Assembly: GCF_006345805.1 (NCBI RefSeq)
Contig: NC_043006.1
Coordinates: 63,240,001-63,304,000 of the forward strand
DNA: 64,000 bases
Origin: Octopus sinensis
Lineage: Eukaryota
Reading direction: 5' to 3'
The position numbers were made by a program, and so were the translations under genes. The notes under the pieces were generated by a model that saw nothing but the letters and a program-made list of their open reading frames with translations, did no database searches and had not been told where the DNA came from. Positions 12,440 through 25,407 of this stretch are shown here, in pieces. Numbering within the stretch: position 1 is the stretch's first letter; the number at the start of each line of letters is the position of its first letter.

Positions 12440-14640
12440 ATCACAGGTTTTGTTGGAACTCCTGGGTGTCTTGCATCCTTAGCGGTCCTCTACCTGCAGC
12501 CTACGGTACCATGATATCTGTTCTTTTCAGCTAATACTTTCCTGATTATTCTGGCCGTGCCAAGGAAACAAATCTTTTGTAACAGTTCCATTGGGCAATC
12601 TATTCTAATTTCCTTTATATTTTTCTTGATGCCTTGTGATACTGTTCCCAAGGACCCAAAAATAATTGGCTCTATCTTCACTTTCATCATTTTCCATAGC
12701 CGAGCTATTTCGTACTTAAGAGGGTTGTATTTATCTATGTTTTCTCCTTCCTTCTTGACTATTTGTGGGTCAAAGGGGCATGCAACGTCAACTACATAGC
12801 ATATGTGGTGCACCTTGTCCACCACCACTAGGTCCGGTCTGTTATACTCTAGCACCTGATCTGTTTGGATTGGGAAATCCCTGAGGATTCTGCTAGTCAT
12901 CGACTCTACCAGTCTCTGCGGTTTGTTCTCATACCACGTCTTGCCTTTCTCTAGCCCCCACTTTTTGCATAGTTTTCAACGTAGCACTTTCTCTACCTGA
13001 TCATGTCGCTACAACTTGTAGTGGTTTTGGGCAAGTCTAGGGCATTCGTTTGTCATATAGGCAATGGCTTTATCCACTCTATTACAGATGCGGTTCAGCA
13101 GAGACACTTGCTCATTCCAAGGGTTGACCCTCCAGGTCGTGGCCAAAGTTTGGTCTTGTGCTACCATTATAGTGCTTTCGGTCTCTTCTTTTAGTGTTCC
13201 TTTCGTCAATCAATCCCACCTATTTTTCCAGCAACTTCTGTTGTGGCTATATGGAATTGATTGTGTAGTCTCTTGTTGCGTAATTCTTCTTCGTGTCCTT
13301 TTTGTACTTCGTTTTTCTTTTGTTTTCTGCTTTCGATACTCCCTCGCTCCCATCCGGTTTTCTTACTTTTGGTTTTCTTACTTTTGGCTAGGTACATCAT
13401 TAAGCTCTTGAGTTAGATACGTACACAGTCTTCCACACTAATCAGTCCTCTTCCTCCAATTGCTTTCTTCATGTATAGGCGATCAGTGTCTACACGTGAA
13501 TGATGGACTCCACGTATCGTTTGCAGCTTTCTTGACTTCCTGGCCATCTCCTTTAGCTTCTCCTCTGTCCACTTCAGGATTCCAGTGTCATACCGAACTA
13601 CTGCGGCTGCGTGTGAGTTTATTGCCAAAACTATGTTTCTGGCATTCAACTTTGAAGCCATTTTTTTTCACTCACCGCAGGTATTCTCTTTTTGCCTTTT
13701 CCTTCATCTCGTTGTGTTTAATTCTATCTGCTTCAAGTATTCCCAGGTATTTATAACTGAACTGAGGTTATAAATTGGCAAACCTATGCCTTCTGTCCTG
13801 ACAATCTATCTTCGTCTTATCACCATGGTAGCATATTTTGAGAGCCCAAACTCCATCTTATTATCATCGGAGAATGTACGAACAGGCTGGACCAGGCTGT
13901 CCAATTCTACCTCACTTTTTGTGAACAATTTCAAGTCATCCATGAATAGCAAGTGGTTCAGTTTTCCCTTACCTCTCTCCAAGTCATACCCCATGCAACA
14001 TTTCGTTTTTCAGGATCCTTGGCAAATAACAATGTCTACCCCCTTTGTCATCCAGCTGGGTACTGCTGCTCCTTCCCGTAAGCACTCATCTAGCTGTTTC
14101 GCTATCCCTTTATAAGCCTTCTCATCTTTATCTAATAACCTTGGACCCCATCCGGTCCAGGAGTCTTCCAATTTGAGAATTTTCTTAACTGTTTTTTTTA
14201 TCATTTCTGTAGTTATTTTTGTTTACTTGGACTTTTATATTTATTAACCTATCTTGAATTTCATGCAGCCACTCCGCGTCATCATTATGGTCTACAGGTT
14301 GGTCCCAGATTCCTCTCCAGAATGCCCTGCTTTCCTCTGCATCTGGTTTCATTGTTATATGTAACTGCCGATCTAGTTCCTGAGACAGCTTCAAACAATG
14401 TTTTTCACGTTATCTTTTGGTGAAGTATTCTTCCTATTTTCTACTGGGTTCACTCCTTATCCAGCATTTAATTACCGTTCTGTTGGCCTCCTTATCCTAC
14501 CTTCTACTCTGCCTCAGTCTATAAGCTGTCGCCGGATAACGACCCGGCCTGCGCTACTTAGCACAGGCACCTGCAGAGCCAAGGCTTTCACCATTAGTTC
14601 CAGCCTCATTAACACTGTTATTTGATACATTTGCATAAAA
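12440..14640 (-). mobile_element. Dong/R4-clade LINE, long decayed copy with an internal RT deletion
   Basis: Successive minus ORFs: PDAEESRAFWRGIWDQPVDHN; NHLLFMDDLKLF; KLNARNIVLAINSHA; HHSRVDTDRLYMKKAIGGRGL; TLKEETESTIMVAQDQ; DFPIQTDQVLEYNRPDLVVVDK. The 3' end runs into a (TAA)n tail. RT motifs between WMTKG and NHLLFMDD are missing. Confidence 0.92.
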
Positions 14641-14721
14641 CATTTTCACTGAACATTGAGGTATGTGTTTTAAGTTTAGCCACAAGACGGTATTTTTATC
14701 GATATATCATCTCTAGTAAAA

Positions 14722-14726
14722 TTGTT

Positions 14727-14758
<32 letters not shown>

Positions 14759-14813
14759 TCATATACACTCAACAGAATAGACTGTTGGAAATATTACTAT
14801 TATTATTATTATT

Positions 14814-14860
<47 letters not shown>

Positions 14861-14870
14861 TGTCATTATT
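14722..14870. repeat. (TCA)n/(ATT)n microsatellites
   Basis: Direct reading. Confidence 0.9.
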
Positions 14871-15640
14871 AAGGCGGCGAGCTGGCAGAAACGTTAGCAC
14901 GCCGGGCGAAATGCTTAGCGGTATTTCGTCTGCCGTTACGTTCTGAGTTCAAATTTCACCGAGGCCGACTTTGCCTTTCATCCTTTCGGGGTCGATAAAT
15001 TAAGTACCAGTTACGCACTGGGGTCGATGTACTCGACTTAATCCACTTGTCTGTCCTTGTTTGTCGCCTCTGTGTTTAGCCCCTTGTGGGTAGTAAAGAA
15101 ATAGGTATTTCGGCGGTCGCTACGTTCTGAGTTCAAATCCCGCCGAGGTTGACTTTGCCGTTCATCCTTTCGGGGTCTATAAATTAAGTACCAGTTACAC
15201 ACTGGGGTCGATATAATCGACTTAATCCGTTTGTCTGTCGTTGTTTGTCTCCTCTGTGTTTAGCCCCATGTAGGTAGAAAAGAAATAGGTATTTCGCCGG
15301 TCGCTACGTTCTGAGTTCAAATCTCGCCGAGGTTGACTTTGCCGTTCATCCTTTCGGGGTCTATAAATTAAGTACCCGTTACACACTGGGGTCGATATAA
15401 TCGACTTAATCCGTTTGTCTGTCGTTGTTTGTCTCCTCTGTGTTTAGCCCCATGTAGGTAGTAAAGAAATAGGTATTTCGCCGGTCGCTACGTTCTGAGT
15501 TCAAATCTCGCCGAGGTTGACTTTGCCGTTCATCCTTTCGGGGTTGATATATTAAGTACCAGTCAAGTACTGGGGTCGATGTAAACGACTATCCCTCTCC
15601 CCACAAATGCTTGTGCCTAAAGTAGAAAGGATTATCATTA
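14871..15640 (+). mobile_element. SINE family A with 184-bp tandem reiteration (about 4 units)
   Basis: Full head at 14871; the unit starting ggtatttcg recurs at 14920, 15104, 15288 and 15472. Confidence 0.9.
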
Positions 15641-15975
15641 TATTTTATGTTTGTGTTTTTTTTTTACTTTTAATCTGCATGTTTATTACAATCACTTGCC
15701 GAGACACACCCAGCGTCCTAGGACGAGTGAAGGATCAGAGATGTTACAGTATGACTGAAAACTTGAGGAGGGGGAGTAGCAGGGGTCGTAGCGAAATATC
15801 TTCATGTAACACAACACAAACATGTATATTTTTTGCTGGAATTTCCTAGGTTGTTTTGTCTTAACATTTACTCACTTAGCAACTTCATGTTAAATCCGTC
15901 CACAGAGATTCGATCTCTTTTTGTATTGCTGTTGACATGGTTGGTCCTTTTCCGTGTCGTCCTGATACCTAGTTA
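15640..15975 (-). mobile_element. Dong-like 3' end/3'UTR fragment
   Basis: cacttgccgagacacacccagcgtcc..gagtgaaggat..gaaatatcttcatgtaacacaacac is homologous to 16412-16532, which directly follows RLE-coding sequence. Confidence 0.6.
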
Positions 15976-16001
15976 CTTTTATTATTATTATTATTATTAT
16001 T

Positions 16002-16309
16002 GAGTGAGCGAGCAGAGCATGCCATCGAAGTGACACTGGGGTAAAATATACGAAACCCAGTATACCCATCATGACTACCCGTCTGATAAAGGTACATGAT
16101 AAAGCTATGATGCTCCCCCACTACTTCTGCTCGTGATCAGAGCTGCACATATCGTCAGCCACTAAGGGACATGCTCAACTGGTTAAAGTAAAAAAAACTG
16201 ACAAGCAAATCTGTGGTATTGAGCAGAATATTTGCTGTAGCCCATCTTTTATACCAAGACAAAACAATGTACATGATAACACTTCCAACAATGTACATGA
16301 TAACACTTC

Positions 16310-16310
<1 letters not shown>
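16002..16310 (+). mobile_element. Repeat family B, internally deleted copy
   Basis: gagtgagcgagcagagcatgccatcgaagtgacactgg... joined to gatgctcccccactacttctgc...; ends in a 24-bp tandem duplication aacaatgtacatgataacacttcc. Confidence 0.8.
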
Positions 16311-16360
<50 letters not shown>

Positions 16361-16384
16361 CATTATTATTATTATTATTACTAT

Positions 16385-16716
16385 TTTACTTTCAATATGC
16401 ACCTTTGTTCCAGTCACTTGCCGAGGCATACCCAGCGTCCTGAGGCGAGTGAAGGATAAGAGATGTTTCAGTATGACTGAATGCTTGGAGAGGGGAGATA
16501 GTGAAATATCTTCATGTAATACAACACAGACATATAAATGGATAGGGTTTTCTAAGGATATGGTCAGTACTTGTCAGCTCAATCTTTTGAATTTCTGTGA
16601 GAGATGGTTCTTCTGGGATCTTATCTAGATGTTTCTGACATCCATTTTTATCATACCTAGGGCACCTACAACAACAGGAACAGTTCTCATTTTAAATGCC
16701 ACATCTTTTGTATTTC
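16385..16716 (-). mobile_element. Dong-like 3' fragment (RLE C-terminus + 3'UTR + TAA tail)
   Basis: Minus strand reads MWHLKMRTVPVVVGALGMIK; both ends abut (ATT)n. Confidence 0.75.
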
Positions 16717-16738
16717 ATTATTATTATTATTATTATTA

Positions 16739-16790
<52 letters not shown>

Positions 16791-17325
16791 GTGAGAGAGA
16801 AGTGCATGCCACCAAAGTGACACCTGGCAAAATATACAGAGACCAGTATACACATCATTGACTACCCGACTGATAAGGGTACACCAGGCACATGCATCAC
16901 AACCATATGTGCGCGACATAGTGATCTCATATCAAGATAAACAGCGCATGACCTTTCAGGTGGGACCCAGTTAGAATGTTCTTCAGGTCGAGTAGCCCAT
17001 CCCGTTCAAAAGGTCCCTGAATAAGGGTTGTTTAAGGATATTGAACAAAACACCCACGTTTCCAAAGGTGAATTATCCAAACCCCCAAAGAATTCGTCTC
17101 AGCACATGGCGATGATGCTCCCCCGCTACTTCTGCTCTTGATCAGAGATGCACATATCGTAAGCTACCAATGGTCAAGCAACTGACAAGCAGGTCTGCAG
17201 TATTGTGCAGAACATTTGATGTGGCCCATCTTTTATACCAAGACAAAACAATGTACATGATAACACTTCCAATCAGTTAAAATCAGAAGCCATGAAAGCC
17301 ACTGCTTGTTACTGCATCAGGGCAT
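16791..17325 (+). mobile_element. Repeat family B, full copy
   Basis: Longest copy; (ATT)n on both flanks; homologous to 1602-2084, 12072-12121 and 16002-16310. Confidence 0.8.
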
Positions 17326-17351
17326 TTATTATTATTATTATTATTATTATT

Positions 17352-17383
<32 letters not shown>

Positions 17384-17435
17384 TTTCATCATCATCATCA
17401 TCATCATTATTATTATTATTATTATTACTATTATT

Positions 17436-18030
17436 AAGGTAGGGTCTTGGTAAAATCGCTAGCATTCTGGAAAAATACTTTGTGGCATTTCGTCCCGCTT
17501 TACGCTGAGTTCAAATTCCGTCGAAGTCGTCGTAGCCTTTAATTTTGGGGGGTTCGATGAAATAAGTGCAAGTTGAACAACGGGGTCGATATAATTGACT
17601 TACCCCTCTCCTAAAATTGCCGGCTTTGTGCTAAAATTTGAAACCAATATCATTATCATTAAGGTATTACAATCGCAAGTGTGACAGACAAAATACCGAA
17701 TGGTATTTATTTAAGCTCTTTACGTTCTGAGTTCAAAATTTCACTGCTCTGCCTTTCACGTCTATAATATTAAATATTAGTTTCGATGTTTTCGACTAAC
17801 ACCACTTCCCACAAAATTGCTGCTCTTGTTCCTATATTAAAAACACTTATACGGGCAGCAAGCAGGCAGGATAGTTAGAGCATCGGAAAAATGCTTCTGG
17901 TTTCATATCCCGCCGGGATCAATTTTACCGTTCTTCTTTCCTGGTTCGATAAAATAAAATACTGGGGTTGATATAATCCACTTGCCCTCCCTTCAAAGTG
18001 GCTGGGTGAACTAGTGCTAAAATTAGAATG
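17436..18030 (+). mobile_element. Cluster of about three degenerate SINE A-like copies
   Basis: Repeated ttacgttctgagttcaaa / ggggtcgatataattgact / caaaattgctg motifs. Confidence 0.55.
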
Positions 18031-18036
18031 AGTTTA

Positions 18037-18044
<8 letters not shown>

Positions 18045-18127
<83 letters not shown>
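18045..18127. repeat. (GTA)n microsatellite (second tract at 18258-18302)
   Basis: Direct reading. Confidence 0.95.
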
Positions 18128-18128
<1 letters not shown>

Positions 18129-18256
18129 TGCTGCTGTCGGTTAGTCTCGGGTTAGTCATGATCCAACATTTATGATCATGTTCGTTTCAACTCTGACCAT
18201 CTCAGTCATTTTCATCTGTGATGTCGCTGGTCGGGTGTAATTTGAAGATCCCTTTG

Positions 18257-18302
<46 letters not shown>

Positions 18303-19079
18303 CAGCAACAGTGGGAGAACAGTAAGGTTATGATTGGATGCTGTTGAAGTAATGTGTTTGAATCGCAGGATAATTCACCCATCAAATGTAGTGCACACTT
18401 CTTGTCGTGGCAAAAATCATAAATTAGTGGATATTACATGTGAATCATCACATATCTGTGAGCAGAATTCTATTTAGAAGAGAATTTCTCCTTTGTAGAA
18501 AGATAAAAGGTGTTTCGGAAATGTTATGTAGTAAATCGTTAAAACTTATAAAATATGCTAGATAAAAGGAAATCACTGATTTCCTATTCTTACTCTGCCG
18601 CTCTTTAATCTATTCAGTCCATTCGTTGAACGCAATTTTTATCAATATCTATAATCATTTTTGGGTAAGTTTGCCAATCCATAAACTAGCCATGTCTAAA
18701 ATTCCCTTTATTCCACGCCAATCTTTCAATTCTGTAATCTGAATACGGCTAAAGTCTAAAATGTATAATGTGTTACCGTGTGTATTGATTATACGAACTT
18801 GTTATTCGCATGTAAAGTTCCTTGCCTCTCGACAATGACATCGCATTTATATGTCAGTGAGTATGATAGAGAGAGTATGTATTTATGCGTTTGAGTGTAT
18901 GTGTATGTGTTTGTGTGTGCGTGCATGTGTGCATGCGTGTGTGCGTGCGTGTGTGCGTGCGTGTGTGCGTGCGTGAGCGGTGGTGTCAGTAGTTAAGCAT
19001 TTGGTCGTAGATGTAAGTTTGCCTGAAATTGTTTGCATGTACAAATGTAAAGGTATTTGACTATACAAGTATGTAAGTA

Positions 19080-19216
<137 letters not shown>

Positions 19217-19498
19217 CGAAAACGAAACGAGGTGAATACAAAGGAAGTGTGGCAAAAAGGGATAAGCTTTGAATACTTCTAATCCATGCAATGGCCGGTC
19301 GAAACATCCACGCATTATTTATAAATCGTTAAAAAGTTTTGTATAATCCTGTTAGCTCATCAATCGTGTAATTGGTCTTATAAAATATCAAACTCTTAAA
19401 TCATTGCTTTACTACACAATACAGTGCTTTCTTCTCAGTGGAAAGTCTATTAAATGCCATTATCTTATTCTTTTTCTTTCTTCTTTTTATTTTCAAAG

Positions 19499-19608
19499 CA
19501 AATTGTGGGCTACTTTGAAGCGTCGGTAATCACTTGTTGTCTGCGTTTCTGGTTACGAGAAATAGGATTTTCGATATCATACGGAGCTCTCCTGTTAAAA
19601 ACATGGCG
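19499..19608 (+). CDS. GPR158-like: GPCR exon C: ECL1-TM3
   Basis: Long pyrimidine tract ...ttttcaaag|CAA...TGG CG|gtcagt, 110 nt, phase 0-2. Encodes QIVGYFEASVITCCLRFWLREIGFSISYGALLLKTWR (WLREIGF...YGAL.LKTWR hallmark). Confidence 0.95.
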
Positions 19609-19925
19609 GTCAGTTGCTATCTTCTCTTTTCTTTTATACTTTCTACTTATATCCATTAATACTGTTTAATGCATCATCTTTAGTTTGAGAATATATATTC
19701 ACAAATCTTATACAACATGTTACACTTCAACCAAACTATTTCTTTTTATATTTTCTTGAAATAACTATCAGTCCCTCTCCATACAGGAATGTTTTTGCAC
19801 TACAGCGTGAACGGCGAATTATCAATAAAAACTATATTGTCCATGCGTGGTACTGACGTATAGAAACACATAACTAAAAGTTCTCTGCAAGCAGCTTATT
19901 TAGATATGCACATATATATGCCTCA

Positions 19926-20010
<85 letters not shown>

Positions 20011-20013
20011 CTC

Positions 20014-20247
20014 CAGTGTACATTTAAACACATAAGAAGTATCCGTCATAGGATTCCTGACACGCTAGAAGGAACAGCAAACGTCCAAAGCACTATTAGG
20101 GATAAAACTTCGAAGGGAATGGAACATAAAAACATTTTTCATGCCCATCGAAGTTTTATCACTAATAGTGGTTTGAACTTTTGCGGTTCCTTCCAGCGTG
20201 CCAGAAATCCTATGACGGATAAGTCTTATGCGTTTAAATGTACACTG
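20014..20247. mobile_element. MITE with about 100-bp TIRs (CAGTGTACATTTAAA termini)
   Basis: cagtgtacatttaaacacataagaagtatccgtcatagg... pairs with ...cctatgacggataagtcttatgcgtttaaatgtacactg; spacer about 35 nt. Confidence 0.85.
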
Positions 20248-20491
20248 TATTTATATGAATAATAGATAGTCTATTGACTAATTTTTCTACACGCTCGGCA
20301 ACTGGTGATAAAAATTTCTAAAATCTTTATTACCCTGATATTATTAATATATATATATATAAATGGATGAATGAATTATCCTATGTTTACCGTTAACATG
20401 GAAAATTCAATGAACCGTTACCAGGGTAGCAAAATTCACGTCAGAAACACGGTTAAAGCGACCTACCCAAAGGTAGAAACTCCGGGCCAAT

Positions 20492-21297
20492 ATGCAGTAA
20501 TTTGTGTATTATAAATAAATAAATGGAGTTATGTTATTAAAATGTTATTATTTTCGACATATGTTTCGAAGACAACATGGTTTTATTCCAAAGGAATAAA
20601 CGGTGTAAGATGCAATCTTCTCATCAGGAAAGAAAGAGAGCTTCTCTCAACAACAAGACATTATAACAATTACGATGACTGCCTAAGTGATAAACAGAAC
20701 GTTATTAAGTATTTTAAAAAACCGTTAGTAGATTTGACGTCAAAGGCAGATAGTAGGAAGAGAAGGGTTAAAGAAATAATAAGTAGAGAACAAAAAGAGA
20801 GGAATACGTTGATTGAAAAAATGTTCAAAGGCTTAGAAATAGATTTCTCTATTGAAGTAAAGTGCAAACTATAAAGACTGATTTCGCCAGTCATCAAAGT
20901 TTGAACAGTTAGTTTAACTTGCATTTTACTTCAAAAGAGAAGTCTATTTCTAAGCCTTTGAACATTTTTTCAATCAACGTATCCCTCTATATTTGTTCCC
21001 TACTTATTATTTCTTTAACCCTTCTCTTCCTACTATCTGCCTTTGACGTCAAATCTACTAATGATTTTTTAAAAATACTTAATAACGTTCTGTTTATCAT
21101 TTAGGCAGTCATCGTAATTGTTATAATGTCATGTTGTTGAGAGAGGCTCTCTTTCTTTCCTGATGAGAATATTGCATTTTACACCGTTTATTCCTTTGGA
21201 ATAAAACCATATTGTCTTCGAAACATATGTCGAAAGTAAAAGAATTTTAACATCTTCGTTGAACTCCATTTATTTATTTATTTATTTATATATACAC

Positions 21298-21336
<39 letters not shown>

Positions 21337-21365
21337 AGTGTGTGTGTATAATTACAAATTAGCAT
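20492..21365. repeat. Long fold-back: about 360-bp inverted arms, 51-nt loop
   Basis: 20510-20867 is the reverse complement of 20919-21290 at roughly 90% identity by eye; the outer arm continues past a microsatellite to about 21365. Confidence 0.92.
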
Positions 21366-21743
21366 CAAGCATAGAGATGCGCGAAGCATAAGGTTCCAAT
21401 TAAACCGCCGAAGAGCACCAAAATAACAGAAAATAACCGTAAACGAGGAAACGGATATGAATTAAGAAATTAAAAAGCATACAGTTAAAGATTATGTAAT
21501 TCAGATGCTCATATACCATGGTTTCGGGTGCTGGCCCAATGGGCCTCAACTTTCTTGAGTATGAGTTACCAATGAAAAACTTCTAAATCCACCACGTTAA
21601 AAGTCCATTAGCGTTCTCGTTGGTTTTGCGCCAAAACCAGTCCACGCGGTGCAAATACATCTCGTTGTTGGCGTATTTAACTCATTTCTTTTCCTATTTC
21701 ATGTCGTTTATTGTTGTTGACGTCTTGTACCCATATATATATA

Positions 21744-21957
<214 letters not shown>

Positions 21958-21969
21958 TAGTAGCAGTAA

Positions 21970-22680
21970 TGCTCAAAATGGAATGCTAGACGAGTGACAG
22001 GGAGGAGAGGGATTATAAATGTGAGTGAACAAGATAGGAGAGAGAAGTAGCAGGAACACGTAGAGAAACTGAGAGGTGAATATGAACAGGTTAAGAAATG
22101 GAAGGTATGAGATGAGTAGGTAAGGGATGCGGTAACAGAGACGAAAAGAGCTTTTGAAGAGTGGTAGCAGAAAAGGTATGGGGAGGCTTATGATCGCTAC
22201 AGAGAAGTGAAGAAAAGAGTAAAGAGAGCAGTGAAGGTGGCGAAATGGGAGACGAGTGAAAGTTTCGGGGAAAAAGTTGAGGTAACATTTTGTAAGAAAT
22301 AAAAAGAAGTTTGGGAAAGAGATACAGTGGGTAAGAAAGGTGGTTGGAGGAAAGGAAGAAAGGGTGAAGGATGTAAATGGAAATTTGTTGAAAGGAAGTG
22401 AGGATGTACAAAGGTGGGAAGAGTATTTTAGTGAGCTGTTAAATGTGGAGGATGTTAGGGAGGCAAGTATAGTGGCTGTAGGAGACGAGAGGAGAATGCC
22501 TGTGTGGGGAATGGAACTACGGTGCAACTGGACGGGAGGGAGGAGGAGAAGGAATCCTTGCGGAAGACGGTAAACCGGAATGTGCCAGGTATAGATGTGT
22601 GCACAGTGGAATGCCTAAAGATACAATTGACAGTGATTGAATGGTTAGTGAGGCTTATGAATGTTTGTTATATGATTAGA
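21970..22680 (+). mobile_element. RTE-clade LINE fragment (EN-RT linker), decayed
   Basis: RVKDVNGNLLKGSEDVQRWEEYFSELLNVED; PGIDVCTVECLK...VIEWLVRLMNVC (RW.EYF..LLN; APG.D; W...LFN motifs). Confidence 0.8.
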
Positions 22681-22959
22681 AGTGTATATATCGAGCTTTA
22701 AATTTATATCATATAACGCACAAATTGCTGGCTTCTTTGAATAAGTGAGTGTATGTAGCGTTTTATTTGTTCTACTATTATCATAGTTTGCTGAGACTTG
22801 TGCTTCATAAACAACAAGTATATATCGCATTTCCTGCTCAGAGGGCATTTAGATTTGTCTCTACATGTGCATCCGGGGTAGGCTTGTGTCTTCGGTGGTT
22901 TATTGATGTATGTCTTAACATTAGGAGTGGGTAAGAAAAAGTAATTATTAATAGCATTA

Positions 22960-23160
22960 CGGATAAATATAAGAAATCTGATATAAATACAACTTTATTA
23001 ACATGGGGGCAAAAACCCTTGCAAATAATTTAATATAGATGAAAGAACTGAATGTCTGGCCAAGAGGGAAGTATTCATTTCACCCAAGGATCATAAAAAG
23101 AACTTATAATAGACCAAAGTGCAGACTAATTAACCTGTCTAAGACTGAACTAAATTTAGC
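22960..23160 (+). mobile_element. Penelope-like (Naiad-type) RT N-terminal fragment
   Basis: INMGAKTLANNL.IDERTECLAKREVFISPKDHKKN..RPKCRLINLSKTEL resembles the AFITLKDHK.NF...P.CRLINP.K motif. Confidence 0.75.
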
Positions 23161-23329
23161 AAGGATGTGGTTGGGAAGCAAACTTCTTATCACACAGCCA
23201 GGCCTTCGTCAATAAAGATAGTAAAATAACTGTTTTGAGGGACATGGTTAATAGCAACACTGGAGTATGTTTAAACGGAGTGAGTGTGATTTTTACGCCA
23301 AATGTCTATTGAATGGAAATGTCTTCTGA

Positions 23330-24860
23330 TCTTTTATATTTTTATCCGTCTATTATAACTACCATAATACTTACAATCCTATCCTACTTTAGACTATCCT
23401 TGAATGAGAGCTTCAGGATACTCCCACTTTGTATGTATTGAATATTGGTATTTTCGTTTGTAATTCTACTAGCTGAGTATCAATGGATTATTCGACGGGT
23501 GACTCCGTTTCTAGAAGTTGTCTGAAAAGTTTGGGAGTCGCATAGTGGGTTTATATGTGTAAGTATGCGCCTGTATGTAATGGACAGTAACGGAGGATAT
23601 AGGAACACATTAATCTTATATCCTGGTATACTTGTTTTTCGTCGTTGATAAGAATATGCAAGTTTACCAAAATCTTATATGGGAATTATTAGTATGCATT
23701 CCAACTATGTTAAGTAAATTCAACAACCTGTAACGTAATACAAGGTACAATGTACAAAATTATAAATTATGAAATGTAAAGTACAACGTGATATCTATTA
23801 CTCCAGTGCGGTGGTGATAAATGTTGGCTAATTGCCAGCATTTACTAAATACCAATAGCTGCCTGCAGTTTTAGTAAAGTTCATAATAAAAGTATTTAAC
23901 CTATTTCTCTGATTTTATATTTTGTTCTTTTTCTATTACAATCGCTGGTTATTTGTGCGGTTCTAGTTAACTGGTTCACATAGTGGTTAACTCCTTTATA
24001 TGAGTGCGGCCTACTAATACTTCGATTACTACCTAAGTTTCTAAATGTGCACAGATTCTTTAAAATCCCTACCAGCTTTCTTATTGGTTGGTATTCAACA
24101 GTTATTGTCCAAGTGTTCAAGATTCCTACCTTTAGCTCTCCCCTTGGCCCCTACCTGGTTATTAGTGGGGAGGGTTCAGTTATCTAGTATACTGCAATTA
24201 TTCTTAGGATTGTCCTTCTTATATTTATTTATTCTACCGTAGTTATTTTCCCTATACCCCGACTTTTCTAGTGCTAAATTATAAAATGTCCTCGTTTAGT
24301 TTGAAAACTTATTCGTTCGGCGACAGGTTAGAAGTACGAACTGATATATTCTCTACTATTGACTGGGTTATACATCTAGGGTGATTACTATTTATATTTA
24401 TGTTTCTAAGTTTCGTATTTGGCTTGTGATAAGGCGTATATATCCCTGCACTAAGATCTAAAGTAACATCAAGAAAGTTGACTAAATTATATTTCTCCTT
24501 TAGCGATATGGATAGTCATAGGTGCTTACAAATAGTTTTTAAGTTTTCCTATACCTATCTATCTCTAGGTTTGAGGGGGGTTAGCCAGGGCGAAAAGTTT
24601 ATTATCCCTGTATAGACCGCCTCCTATTTTAGAGAATTCCTGTTTAGGCTAAATAGTTTAGATTCCTACTATATCCATAACTTGTGCGGAGTCTGTTGAT
24701 CCCATAGTATTTTCGAACATCTCCGGTCTATCCCTTCTAACCCTGTACTTATCCTCTAATTTGATCATTTATTTTCTAGCCACTAAAACAATATCTATCT
24801 CTTCTCTTGTTACTTCTGAGTTATTCGTAGCAAAGATGAGTGTCTTATTTAGGAGGATAG
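23330..24860 (-). mobile_element. Penelope-like (Naiad-type) element, RT C-terminal half onward, heavily decayed
   Basis: Minus frames give FENTMGSTDSAQVMDIVG, GLYRDN, VNFLDVTLDLSAGIYTPYHKPN, NINSNHP, LALEKSGY. The low-coordinate boundary is uncertain. Confidence 0.75.
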
Positions 24861-24876
24861 AGTTAACGGAGGCGCA

Positions 24877-25280
24877 ATACTTACTCTTTACGTTCTGAGT
24901 TCAAATTCCGCCGAGGACAACCTTGCCTTTCATCCGTTTGGTATCGATAAATTAAGTACCAGTGAAACACTAGGGTCGATGTACTCGACTAGTCCTCTCC
25001 TCCAAAATTTCAGGCTTTGTGCTTTTAGTAGGAAAATATTATTTACAGATGCCTTTAAAAGCAACGAGCTAGCAGAATCGTTAGCAAGCCGGACAAAATT
25101 CTTATAGCGGCATGTCGTCCACCTTTACGTTCTAAGCTTAAATTTGGCTGAGGTTGTCTTTGACTTTGACCCTTTCGTGTTCCATAAAATAAAGTACCAG
25201 TTGGACATTGGGATTAATGTAAAAGACTACTCTCTCCCCACAAAATTTCAGGCAATATACCTATAGTAGAAATGATTATT
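24877..25280 (+). mobile_element. Two adjacent SINE A-like copies
   Basis: tttacgttctgagttcaaattccgccgagg..gcctttcatcc..aagtaccag; a second head aacgagctagcagaatcgttagc at about 25065. Confidence 0.7.
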
Positions 25281-25407
25281 TATAAATTTCTAGTTGCTTT
25301 TTAAGATGCATTTTGGTTTGTTTGTTCTTGGTGTTTTCCAGCTGAAGCCCCTCCCCTCTTCTTTATTACAATCATTAACTCAATGATACATCTTTGTATA
25401 TTTACAG

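Noticed and set aside
14920-15640. CRISPR-like periodicity (also the 19-bp units at 56481)
   Set aside because: The units are wholly repeated with no unique spacers, the context is eukaryotic, and SINE or minisatellite duplication explains them.
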